From the NCBI GenBank assembly GCA_045533065.1, contig JAZSHC010000023.1, forward strand, positions 15,332 through 79,331: a stretch of DNA of 64,000 bases. The letters run 5' to 3'. The notes beneath the pieces were generated by a model. The model was given only the letters and a program-made list of their open reading frames with translations. It did not search any database and was not told the DNA's origin. The translations under genes were made by a program, and so were the position numbers. Origin of the DNA: Acutalibacteraceae bacterium (lineage in GTDB: Bacteria > Bacillota > Clostridia > Oscillospirales > Acutalibacteraceae). Each line of letters opens with the position of its first letter. The stretch's first letter is position 1. Positions 17,546 through 29,500 of this stretch are shown here, piece by piece.

Positions 17546-20500
17546 TTATTTAAAGATGCTGAAAATCTTTTCAAAGAATTCCTTAATCTTCTTAATAAGT
17601 CTCTGGAACCAGTTGAGAGATTCTTCTGCATCTTCAACTGCGTCTTCGTGGTCTTCATCAGAACCGATTGTGTCATCCCAGACACCGGTCAGATCTTCCA
17701 TAACCTTTGCGATACTGCCGTATGCGCAACCGGAGTTGTTACCGATGTTACCGAAGAGATCCTTCCAGATCTGCTGGATAACTGCAACGTCACCCATGAT
17801 AGCTGCATCGAGGGTAAGAGCCATACCAAGAGCTGAGAAGAGAGCTGATACGATGATATCAGGTACATCGTAAGCTGCTGTCTTGTTGAACAGCTCGTTA
17901 ACTGCGTAACGTACTGTTGCTTCTGCACCGCTTGCAAGTTCAAATGCATCTACAATCCACTTAACGAGAGCTTCTCTGTTATGAGGATCTTCGAACATTT
18001 CAAGAAGCCATGTGAATACAACTGTGAGTGTATCGCCCTTATCTGCTACGATGTTCTTCTGAGTTGTCTTGTGAGCAGCGCCGGGATTCTTAGCTGTGTA
18101 ATCTGCATACTGATCTGCACGCATTTCAACAGTGTAGGAGTTTGCAGGAAGTGAACGTGATGTTGATACTTCCTGAGCGTAGTCGCCGCCCTTAGCTGCA
18201 AGACCGTACCAATCGATCTGCGGGATTCTGAAGTCGTACTTAGCACCGAGAACTACGATACCGAGGTCGATGTTGTGTACAAGTTCTTCAAGCTTGAGGA
18301 AGCTTTCAAGGTTCACACCAAGTACGCTTGTAATTGTGGATACAAGTGTGTAAACCGGAGCAAGCAGATTCTTCACTGTGAGAAGGAGACCTTCGTTGGA
18401 GAAGTAATATGCAAGGTTCGGAAGGATGGTGAGAAGCTTGTTAACAGGATTATCAAGAAGTCCGTCTGCGAAGTATGCAATTCTGTTAAGGATGTAGCCG
18501 AGAAGCTGAGTCTCGTCTTCACTTACAAGCTGTGCATAAGCCTTGCTTGTGAGAACTTCGTCTGACTTGAGGCCGAAGGCTTCAAGAAGCGGGATAATAC
18601 CGTAATCGTAACCGTTACCGCCGCCGATCTGTACAATACCGAGCACGTCGAGAGCCTTGCCTTCACCGATAAGGAGAAGTTCAAGAAGTCCGTTGAGCGG
18701 TGTGAGTACGCCTGCAAGAGCTCTTGTGAAGTCATACAGGTTACCGTTAGCAACGTTCCAGTTAACGTTTGCTTCCTGGAATGATGTTACATCTGCCCAT
18801 GTTGCTTCGTCGCCCTTAAGAGCAACTGCCTTGTTGAGGTGAGCTGCAACGCCCTTGAGATAATCTCTGGTAGCAGCAAGCTCGCTCATCTTAGCTGCGA
18901 ATGCGGGAAGTGTAAGCGGAAGTTCGATTCCGAGGTCAAGACCTGCGATTGTTGAAAGGATGGGTCCTACTGAATCGCCGGCAAGAAGACCTACGAGTAA
19001 GTCAAGGAGCTGGTTAACAGTACCGTTGCTGATGTACTGAGCAAGAAGCTGTCTGAGTGAACCGAGGCCTGCTGCTTCAAGAATCTGCTTGATGAGCATG
19101 TCAAGGTTGTTTGCAATAACGTCAGCGTTCTGTTCAGTGAAGGTGAAGTAACTGTTGTAGTTAACACCTGTTACAGTAATGGGTCTGTTCTGGATCGGCT
19201 GGTATGAAAGCTTACCGCCGAGGATTTCAGAGATGATGTCAATGATCTTTGAGGGATCCTTAACGATTTCATCAATGATGTTCTCAATTTCAGGACCGAG
19301 TTCAACATTGAGAGCACCGAGAACTGCTTCAACATTTTCTTCAGTGAGAACTACCTTGAGAAGAGCTACAAATGTGTCAGCTGCGTCACCCTTGATTGTG
19401 CTGTAGGATTCAGCATTATAGATGTCGTACTTGTTGCTGAGATTTGTGCTTTCGAAGTCTACCTTACCGTCGTCCTTAACGTCAGCACCTGCCATAGCTG
19501 CAAGTTCAAGCCAGTTGAGGTTGAGCTTGATGCCGAGAGGCTTGCCGTTAACTTCGATGTTTGCAAGGAGATTTGTGAGAAGGTTAGCAATGTCTGTACC
19601 CTTAACAACAATGTGGATACCTGCTGCAACACCGGGATGTTCAACACCGAGGTAGGTGTTAAGAACCTTATAGTGTTCAGTTTCGTTGCCGATAGCACCA
19701 AGATCGATATTGATTGCGATCGGGAACAGCGGGTCAACCTTTTCAATCAGCTGGTTAACAGGAGCGATGAGGTTATCAACAATTGTGCCGATATCGTCAT
19801 TGCCGAGTACGTAGCAGAGATTTGCAAGAATCTTAGCAAGCCAGTTGATGGGAGCCTTAAGGATATCATTTTCGACTGTATCAACAAGCTGTGTAAGAAT
19901 CGGCTTAAGTGTGCTGCCGTAGCTGTTTTCAACAGCTGTCTTGTAAGCTTCCTGGCTCATTGCATCAATGCCGAGGAGTTCAAGAAGCGGGATAATAGCG
20001 TAGTTGTAACCCATACCACCCATGATGTTGATTTCATCAAGAGCACTGATTGCAAGGCCAACTTCCTTACCTGTGAACTTAGCGCGTTCCTGACCGCCCA
20101 TGAGAAGGATTGCAAGAATCGGATCAAGAGGAGCAGTAAGGTCTGCAACGAGGTTTACAAGGTCTGCAAGGCCTGTAATACCAAAGGTATAAGGTACATA
20201 TTCACGTTCAACAACATCTGCTGTTGCGGGATCATCAGCTTCCTTACTGTGAGCCATCCATACGTCTGCCCATGTTTCAGCGTCGCCGATGAATTCAGCA
20301 AGCTTACTGCCATGGTTGTTCAGAGCAAAGGCTGCAGGTGCGATGTTGAGGTCAAGGTTTGTGAATTCCTTCACATAACCGAGAACGTCATCGATTGTCT
20401 TTGAGGGAAGACCTGCAAGAAGCTCGGTGAGCATGCCCATAAGCATGTTAGCAATATCATCTGTGATGAAGCCGTTAACAAGCTCGTTGAGGCTTGAGTA

Positions 20501-23500
20501 CTTCTTACCGCCGATTTCTACAAGGCTGAGAATTGTCGGGATAAGTGCATCAAGATTCTTAACGATGTCATTGAAGTTTGCGTGTGTTTCAGCACTTGTT
20601 ACATCAATCTTATCAAGTACCGGCTGCTTATACGGTGTGTATTCAACAAGATACTTAGCAAGAAGTGATACAAGTACGTCAATAAGCTGTTCTTCCTTAC
20701 CTGCAAGACCTGTAACAATTGAGCCTACCTGGCTGTTCTTATCAAGGCCGAGCATGTTGCAAAGGATGTTGAGGAAGTTATCTGAAAGTACAGTTGAAAG
20801 GATGTACATAAGAGTATCGCCTGTATCAACGTGCCACTTAGTAACTTTGTCGCCGATATCATCAGGATCAACAAGACCTGTGGGCTGATCAACTTCGATT
20901 GCATACTTGGCAAGTTCTACGAAGAAGTCTTCGTCAAGAGCGGTGAGAACATGGATAACCTTATAGTATGTTGTTCTTGTAACAGCGTTACCTTCGCCGT
21001 CTACTACGGGCTTACCGTCTGCACCGATAACATCAAGTTCAACTTCTGCGTATTCATTTGTCTTATCTGCTTCAACCTGTTCCTTAGTATATTCCTTATA
21101 TTCGCCAACAATTACCTGACCGTTTGCATCGTATGCGGGCTCGAATACCTTAGCGCCGGGGATAATGCCGTTGATGAGTTCAACGAGAGCTTCACCCTTT
21201 TCGCCTGCGATATTGAGGATACCGCTGATGGTAAGCATGTCATTCTTTGTCAGTGACTTAAGAAGTGCGTCAAGCTCTGCTCTGGAGATTGTTCCGCCGA
21301 GAGCGTCAACAAGTGAAAGTACAGGTGATACAAGGTTGTTGATGAGTACTTCTACACCGCCGTTTGCAATGAAGAAGCTGAGGTTACCGAGGAGAACAAG
21401 GATTGTGTTGAAGGGAGCTTCGCAAAGTTCGTCAACAAGTACGAATACATACTCGATTGTCTGTGCGAGAGCGTCAACAGCAGTCATGTTTTCATCAGCT
21501 GCTACCCATGTTGCACCCATTTCTTCAAGACCAAGTGCCTTGAACAGGTACCAGATAGCATTTGTATAACCGTCGTTACCCTTGAGCATGATGCCTTCAA
21601 CGCCGAGACCCTGAGCAATTTCAAGGTTACCGCCGCGGAGAAGGAATGCAAGTACGCTTTCAAGAGGCTTGAGAAGGTCATAGATTGCTCCAAGGAATGC
21701 ATCCTTGTTGTTTACGCCTGTGAATACTGCATCGATTGTTCCGTCTTCTGCCTTATGCTGGCCGAGAACGTCTGCCCATGTAACTGCACCGTCAGTGCCT
21801 GTGCCTGTTACATTCACATATTCGATAAGCTGAGCATTGCCTGTTGCAGCCGCAAATTCTGTGGGAGCAAGGTTAATGCCGAGGATATCGCCGAGTGTGC
21901 CTACAAGGCTTTCGGAGATTGATTCACCGAGAAGCTTGATGAGCATATCTGTGATAGTCTTCATCATGTCATCTGTGAAGAGCATGTCTGTAAGAAGAGT
22001 ATCAACGATGTGCTTGAGAACAGCCTTTCCTTCGGGAACGTTTTCAGCTGCCTTCATGATTGTGTCAAGAAGTGAGCCTTCTTCAACATCTGCACCTGCG
22101 ATAAGCGGGAGAATCTTGGGAACAGCCTTACCGATGAGTCTGTCAAATGCAGCAATTGCTGTGTCAACATTTTCAACATCGTTGAAGTCAGCCTTGCCGA
22201 GGAACTTGAAGATCATTTCGAGAACAGTGATTTCATATTCGCCGGTGAGGATGAGAACGAGGGTACCAACAAGGTTAATGATAGCACCGCGGTCGCTGAG
22301 AATGTCGTTGAGGAGACCTTCGATTGTGGGATCAAGGTTTGCATCGCCGAGAAGACCGAGTACAAGATCCTTGATAACCTTAACGTTTTCTTCTGTAAGA
22401 ATTGCGTTAAGAAGAGTTACAAGTGTATCAGCTGCATCGCCGGAGATGTTCTTGTAAGGATCGTTACCTGTACCCTTAACAGTTGTATCGGCATAGCCGT
22501 AAACCATTGCGGATTCAGTGTAGATGATGTTACCGTTTTCATCTCTCTTAGCCATTGCTGCTGCAAGTTCAAGCCAATCAAGATCAAGAGTGAGACCGAG
22601 CTTCTTACCGCCGATTTCAAGACCTGAAAGGAGTGAACCGATGAGGCTTGAAAGAGCATCTGCTGACAGGTCAATGTTAACGCCAGCCTTGAGACCCTTT
22701 GAGCCGCCGAGATCGTAATCGAATGCAAACTTACCTTCGCCGTCAACTGCAACGCTTACACCGATGGGATATACCTCGCTTACAGCATATACAAGTTCGT
22801 TGATGGGAGCGATAAGGTTAGCTGCGATTGTGTTGATGCCTTCTGAACCGATGAAGTAGAAGAGGTTTGCAACAAGTCCGAGAACTTCTGTGATAGGAGC
22901 ATCAAGGATTGTGCCAACTCTGCCAACGATAGCATCAAGGATATACTTGAGTGATGAGCCTTCATACTTTTCGTCGATTTCTCTGTCATAGGTTGCCTGG
23001 TCAACTGCGTCAACACCGAGTGCTTCAAGAAGCGGGATGATTGCATAGTTGTAACCGTAGCCGCCGTTGATACGGATATCAGCACGTCTTACTTCGTTCT
23101 GATCTTCAAGAGCGATGATCTGCTTACCGCTGAGAAGGATTTCAAATACAACATCAAGCGGGAGAAGGAGATCTGCTGCGAAGTTCACAACGTCAGCGAG
23201 TGTTTCCATATTCCAGTCGTATGCTACGTGAACCTTTGTTTCCTTAACCATAACAGGTGTAAGAACTACATCAGTTTCTGTACCGTTAAGGTTAATCTTT
23301 GTTGTAACTGTGCCGTCGTCAGCAACTGTTACATCTTCGTCAGCAAAGTGGAACTTCAATGTTGCGCCACCGAGTTTTGCTGAGTAAACCTTCTTGCCGT
23401 CAGCAGTATCCTGAACCATGGAAGCTGAAAGCTCATACTTCTTAGCATTTTCGCCTTCGCCTACTGTGTACATTGTACCGTCAAGGTCAGCGTCAGCAAG

Positions 23501-26500
23501 GTATACTGTTACGGTTTCGTCCTTAGAGCCTTCAACAGCAGGATCTGCGGGAACAACATAGGTATATACATACTTCATGTTGTTTTCAGCAACTTCTGCC
23601 CATGTCTTAGCATCGCCGATGAAGTTCTTGAGTTCTGAACCGAATGCATCGTTTGCGAATGCCTGCGGGTTAATATCAAGCTGAAGGTTTGTAAGTTCCT
23701 TAACGTAATCAAGGATTGCGTCAATGTCGAGACCTGCAAGAACAGGTACGAGAAGGTTCATAAGAAGGTTACCAAGGTCAGCGCCTGCAACAAGACCGTC
23801 GATCATTGAAGCAAGATCTCCGTCTGTGCCGAGGAGGCCGAGGATGGAAACAAGAAGTCCGTCAAGTGCAGTGATTGCACCGGGAAGTGCTTCTTCAACC
23901 TTTTCATCATTCGGGTCAAAGGCACTGTAGTCTGCAGCATCACCGTCAAGGTCTGTCTGCGGAACCTTATTGTAAGTAATTGTGTAATTTTCAAGGAGCA
24001 TCATGATCACGTCGACAAGTGCCATTTCCTTGTTTGCAAGTGAGGTAAGAATGGAGACAAGCATGTCGTCCGGTTTTGCATCGGGAGCAATCTTACCAAC
24101 AAGAACCTGAAGGAATGTGTCATCAAGAACCTTGTCGAGGATGAACATGAGAGTTTCGCCTGCGTCAACCTTCCATGTGATTGCATCAGTATTGCTGATT
24201 ACGGCATCACCGTCGAAGTCGGCTTCGTCTTCTGTAGGATCAACTGCCTTAATTGCATACTGTGAAAGTTCAATGAAGAAGGTGTCTTCAAGTGCGTCGA
24301 TTGTGTCAACAACTTCGCCCTTATCATTCTTAACCTGGAAGCCGCCGAGGAGATCGTTAACAAGAGCAACGAGGTTTGCACCGCCGTTGTTACCGATTTC
24401 GATGATATCTGTAAGGCTCATACCGATGAAGCCTTCAAGGATACCGTCGATCTGGTTCATGCTGATAACGGGTTCAAGGAGCTTGAGGATTGAGAATATG
24501 GGAGCTGCGATATTTCTGATGATTGGCTCAAGATTATCGTTTGCAACAAGATAGCTGAGACCTGCAACAAGCTCAAGAACTGTCTTGAGAGGTGCATTAG
24601 CAATCTTATCAACAAGGCCGTTTGTACCAATGAGGCCTGCAACAAGCTTGTCGAGAGCTTCAGTGGTGTTGTCGGCTGTCTCGAGTTCAACACCGAGTGC
24701 CTTAAACAGCGGGATAAGAGCTGTGTTATAAGCATTACCGCCGGGAAGTTTGATTGACTTGTCAAGGAGTTCAAGTTTACCGCCGCAGAAGATGAAGTCA
24801 AGAACAGGATTGAGAGGAACGAGAAGTGAAAGTACACCCTGGATGAATGTATCCTTATCGTTTACGCCCCAGTCGTATTCGTTAGCAACACCGTCTGTGC
24901 TGTTGTTTGCCCATACTTCTGACCATGTAGCTGCATCGCCTACATAATTTACAAGTGCAACATTACCGGTTGCCTTTGCAAATGCCTTAGGTGCAAGGTC
25001 AATGCCGAGGAGATCCTTAAGAGTACCAACAAGGTCTGATGTAAGGAAGCCTGCGATTGCCTTAACAAGCATTTCCATGAGTGAAGCATAGTTATCTGCT
25101 GTGAATGCAAGTTCAACAAGAAGGTTGTCAACCATATCCTTAAGGTCAACAGCGCCTGTTGCTGCATTGACAAGAGTCTTCATGATGCCGGTTGCGGAAT
25201 CAGCATCGATGAACATTGTAAGAATTGAAGGTACTTCACGTGCAATGATAGCGTCGAGTCTGTCAATTGCGTTGTTAAGCTTCACGCCGTTTTCAGCATT
25301 TTCGTCTGCGAAGTAGGTGAGAGCTCTGAATACCTTGAATGCTGTTTCGAGGGTTTCGATATCGTAAGTACCGCTGAGAAGAAGTACTACTGCTGCAAGA
25401 AGTTCCTGGATACCGTTAGGATCGTAGAGAACGTCTTCGATAATACCAACAACGTTGATTTCATCGTTTGCAACACCGTTTTCGTCAACACCGTCCATAC
25501 CGCTGAAGTCAACACCTGCAAGGAGGCTTTCAACAAGCTTTGCAATTTCATATGTGTTGTTTTCAGTGAGGATTGTCTTGATGAGAGTTGTGAAGGTGTC
25601 TGCAGGATCACCCTTGATGTTGTACCACTGAGCTTCTTCACCGTCAGCTGTTACCTGAGCTGTGGGAACCTTAATGAGCACTTCAATGGGAGCTGCACCT
25701 TCAACAAGAGTTACAACGTGGTCAACAATTTCTGTACCGTTGTTAATCTTAGTTGTGAGTGTACCGTCTTCGGCCTTTGTAACTGCATCATCTGCAAGAT
25801 ACATGTTGATGCCTAAGCTATCTACAGTGTAGAGATATCTGGTTTCTGTTGCTGCCATCTTGGAAGCAATGTCAAGCCAGTCAAGCTCAAGAGCAAGGTT
25901 GAGCTTTTCACCGTTGATTTCAAGACCGTCAAGAAGACCTGTGATGAGGTTGATGAGGTCATCGGGGTTAACGTTTACAGAAATACCTGCAGGAACCTTA
26001 ATGCCGTTCTTATCGGTTTCTGAGCCGAGAGCTGTTCTGAGTACGGAACCGCCTTCAACGCCGAGTTCTGAAAGGTCAATCTGGATACCGATGTGGTATA
26101 CAGCTGAAATCTTTTCAATAAGAACGTTTGCGAATGCAAGAAGGTTTTCAGCGATATTGTTGATACCGTCTGAGCCTACGAAGTAGAAGAGATTTGCAAG
26201 AAGTGAAAGGAGAGTCTGAACAGGTGTTACAAGAAGTTCGTCTTCTACCTTTGAGATGATTGCATCAAGGATGTAGTTGAGGTGACCCTTTGTCTTGGCC
26301 TGTTCAATGTATTCAGCTTCTGAGATAGCTTCGATGCCGAGAGCTTCCATAAGAGGAATAATTGCATAGTTGTAGCCGCGACCACCCTTGATTCTGATAT
26401 CTTCACGGTTGCCTTCATCATCATAGCTTTCAAGAACGATAAGCTGTTCTTCTGTGAGAAGGAGACCGAGAACCTGATCAAGCGGGAAGAGAAGGTCAGA

Positions 26501-29500
26501 GATGAGAGCAACAACACCGTCGAAGGATGCGTGTTCACCTGTGAGACCGAGATCCCAGTTGAAGTCTGAGTGGAATACATATTCGTGTTCAAGAACAGGA
26601 GTAAGTTCAACAACTGTTTCTGTACCGTTTATGTTCATCTTAGTTGTAACTGCGCCGTCGTCAGCAACTGTTACATCTGCATCAGCAAAGTGGAGAATAA
26701 GGTCCACGCCGCCAACCTTAGCGGTATAAATCTTCTTACCGTCTTCGGCTGTCTTTGTTACTGTTGCGTTTTCGAGTGTATATGTCTTAGCGTCTTCGCC
26801 TTCACCGATAGTGATTTCAGTACCGGCAAGGTTAGATTCTGCTGAGTAGTATGTGCCGTATTCAGCCTTAGCATCTGCTGTAGCTGCCTTGGTTTCATAC
26901 TTGTAAACATATCTCATGTAGTTAGCTTCAACTTCAGCCCATGTCTTTGCTGAGCCGATGTATTCGCTGAGCTTGGAACCGAATTCGCCCTTCTTGAATG
27001 CCTGAGGATCAAGTGAAATTTCAACATTTGTTACTTCCTTAACGATGTCAATGATTTCACCGATGTCAAGGTCAGCAAGTACGGGAACAAGGAGGTTCAT
27101 GAGAAGGTTGCCGATGTCAAGACCTTCAACAAGTTCACCGAGGAGACTCTGGAGTGTGTCAACATCAAGACCTACAAGACCGATTACTGCACCGATGATG
27201 GGATCAAGTGCTGCGAGAGCCTGGTTAAGGTTTTCGTCGGTCATGGGAGCGATGTGCTCAACAGGAGTCTTATCGATTTCACCGCGTGAGTGTTCGCTGT
27301 ACTGGATTGTGTAGTCAGTAAGGAGAGTTACAAGAATGTCAACAATGTTATCCTGCTTACCTGCAAGGCTTACAATGATCTGACCTACTGTGCCTTCCTT
27401 CTGGCCGATAAGTTCACAGAGAACCTTAAGGAAGTTATCTGTGCATACTGTTGAAAGTACATACATGAGAGCGTCAGCTCTGTCAATTGTCCAGTCAACC
27501 ACATACTTGTGTTCGGGCTGAGTTTCGTAACCGAATTCGCCCTCTGCGATGAGACCTACATCTACGTCGCTGTCTGTGTCAACAACAATTGCATGCTTAG
27601 CAATCTGTACAAAGAAGTCAGCGGGAAGAAGCTTAGCCTTGATTGTGTTACCTGTTGCGTCAACGATTTCGAATTCACCGATAAGGTCGTTGAGCATTGT
27701 AACAAGACCTGAGCCGTCTGTGCCTGCAATGTTCTTAATATCGTCGATATCCATCTTGATGAACTTGTCAAGAAGTGCGTTGATTGAGCTCATGGGAGCG
27801 ATTCTGTCAACAACAGTGAGAAGTCCGAAGATGGGAGCAAGGATACCGTCAACTGCCTCTGCAACACCGTTGGATGCAAGGAAGTATGAGAGACCTGCAA
27901 CGATGTCGATAATTGACTGAAGCGGATTTGCTGCAATCTTATCAACAAGTGCGAAGATACCGTCAAGAAGTTCTTCAACAACTACGATAGCATTCTTCTG
28001 AAGTCTGGGATCAAGTACGCTGTTAGGCTTGATATCAACGCCGAGAGCCTTAACGAGAGGAACGAGTACGTTATCGTATGCGTTGCCGCCCTTAAGAGCT
28101 ACGCCGTCAACAAGAAGAGTGATGTCAGCGCCTCTGAACAACCAGTCGAGGATGGGACCGAAGGGAGCAATGATTTCAAGGATAAGGTCTACAAAGAGTT
28201 CCTTAGCATTTTCATCACCGGTGATACCCCAGTAATTTTCCATTACTACCTTTGTCTTAGCCTGTTCAACTTCCTTACCGTCCTTAGTAACCTTTTCAGT
28301 TACAAGAGTTACGGTCTGTTCAGTACCGTTTTCGTCGGTATACTTGGTTTCTTTATCTGTGTCAAGGTACACTTCTACCTTCTTATCCTCGGCGCCTTCT
28401 TCAGTTGCCGGAACAGTGTAGGTATATACATATTTCATGTTAGCATTTGCAACGTCTGCCCATGTGAGACCTGCGTCCTTATCAGCGGGCTGGATTGTTG
28501 CAAGGTATGCCTTAATCTTGCTGTCTGTGATTCCTGCATCTGCAATTTCCTGTGCGAAGCCTGCGGGATCAAGCTGGATACCGAGGATTTCGTTAACAAG
28601 GTTGCTGATGAGATCGAATGTCTTAGCGTCCATACCACCGAGGAGACCTACGATGAGACCGAGAAGCATATTGATGATGTCATCAGTGAAGATGTTTTCG
28701 TTGAGGAACCAGTTGAGCAATGAGCCGATGCTGTCAGTTGCGCCGGAAGCAGCGATGTCAGCAATGAGTGCGGGCATGTTGTCCATATCACCAAGGATAT
28801 CGAGAACAGGAGCAATAGCATTGTTGAGAACTGCGTCGAGCTTGTTGATTGCCTGAGTTACGGTTGTCTTGTTAACAACGTCCTTCTTAGCATAGTCATA
28901 ATCTGTCTTGCCGATAAGGTCGAAGAGAACCTTAGCCTGTGAAACAACATAGTCACTTGCAAGAAGCTTGATTATAGCATCAACAACTGCAGCGGGATTT
29001 TCGATAGCTGTGTTAACGATGTCCTTAACCTCAGGAAGATCCTTAAGAAGGTCATCAAGGTTAACCTTGAGCATACCGAGAATATCGTTGATTGTATCTG
29101 TTGTGAGGAGCATATCGAACAGAGTGATGAGCATATCAGCAGTGTCTATTTCGATATTTGTTCCCCATGTTCCGAGAAGGATATCCCAATCGGGATCTAC
29201 AAGTGAAGCAACGGGCTTGATTGTGCCGTCTTCATTTGTTACAGCTGCGCCTGCAGCAAGGTCTGCAAAGCGGAGCTCAAGGTGCTTAAGGTCGGGAGCA
29301 AACTTATTGAGAGCCTTAACGATAAGATCTTCAAGTGTTGTTGCATCAAGGTCAATTGTAAGACCTACGTTTGCACCGTTAGCTGCAACATCGTCACCGA
29401 TGTAGAAGCTGAAGATTTCTGCGCCTTCTTCGAAGAGTGCGTTAAGTTCAATAATGATAGCTACGGGAAGAACGTCTTCGATAGCTCTGATGATTTCACT

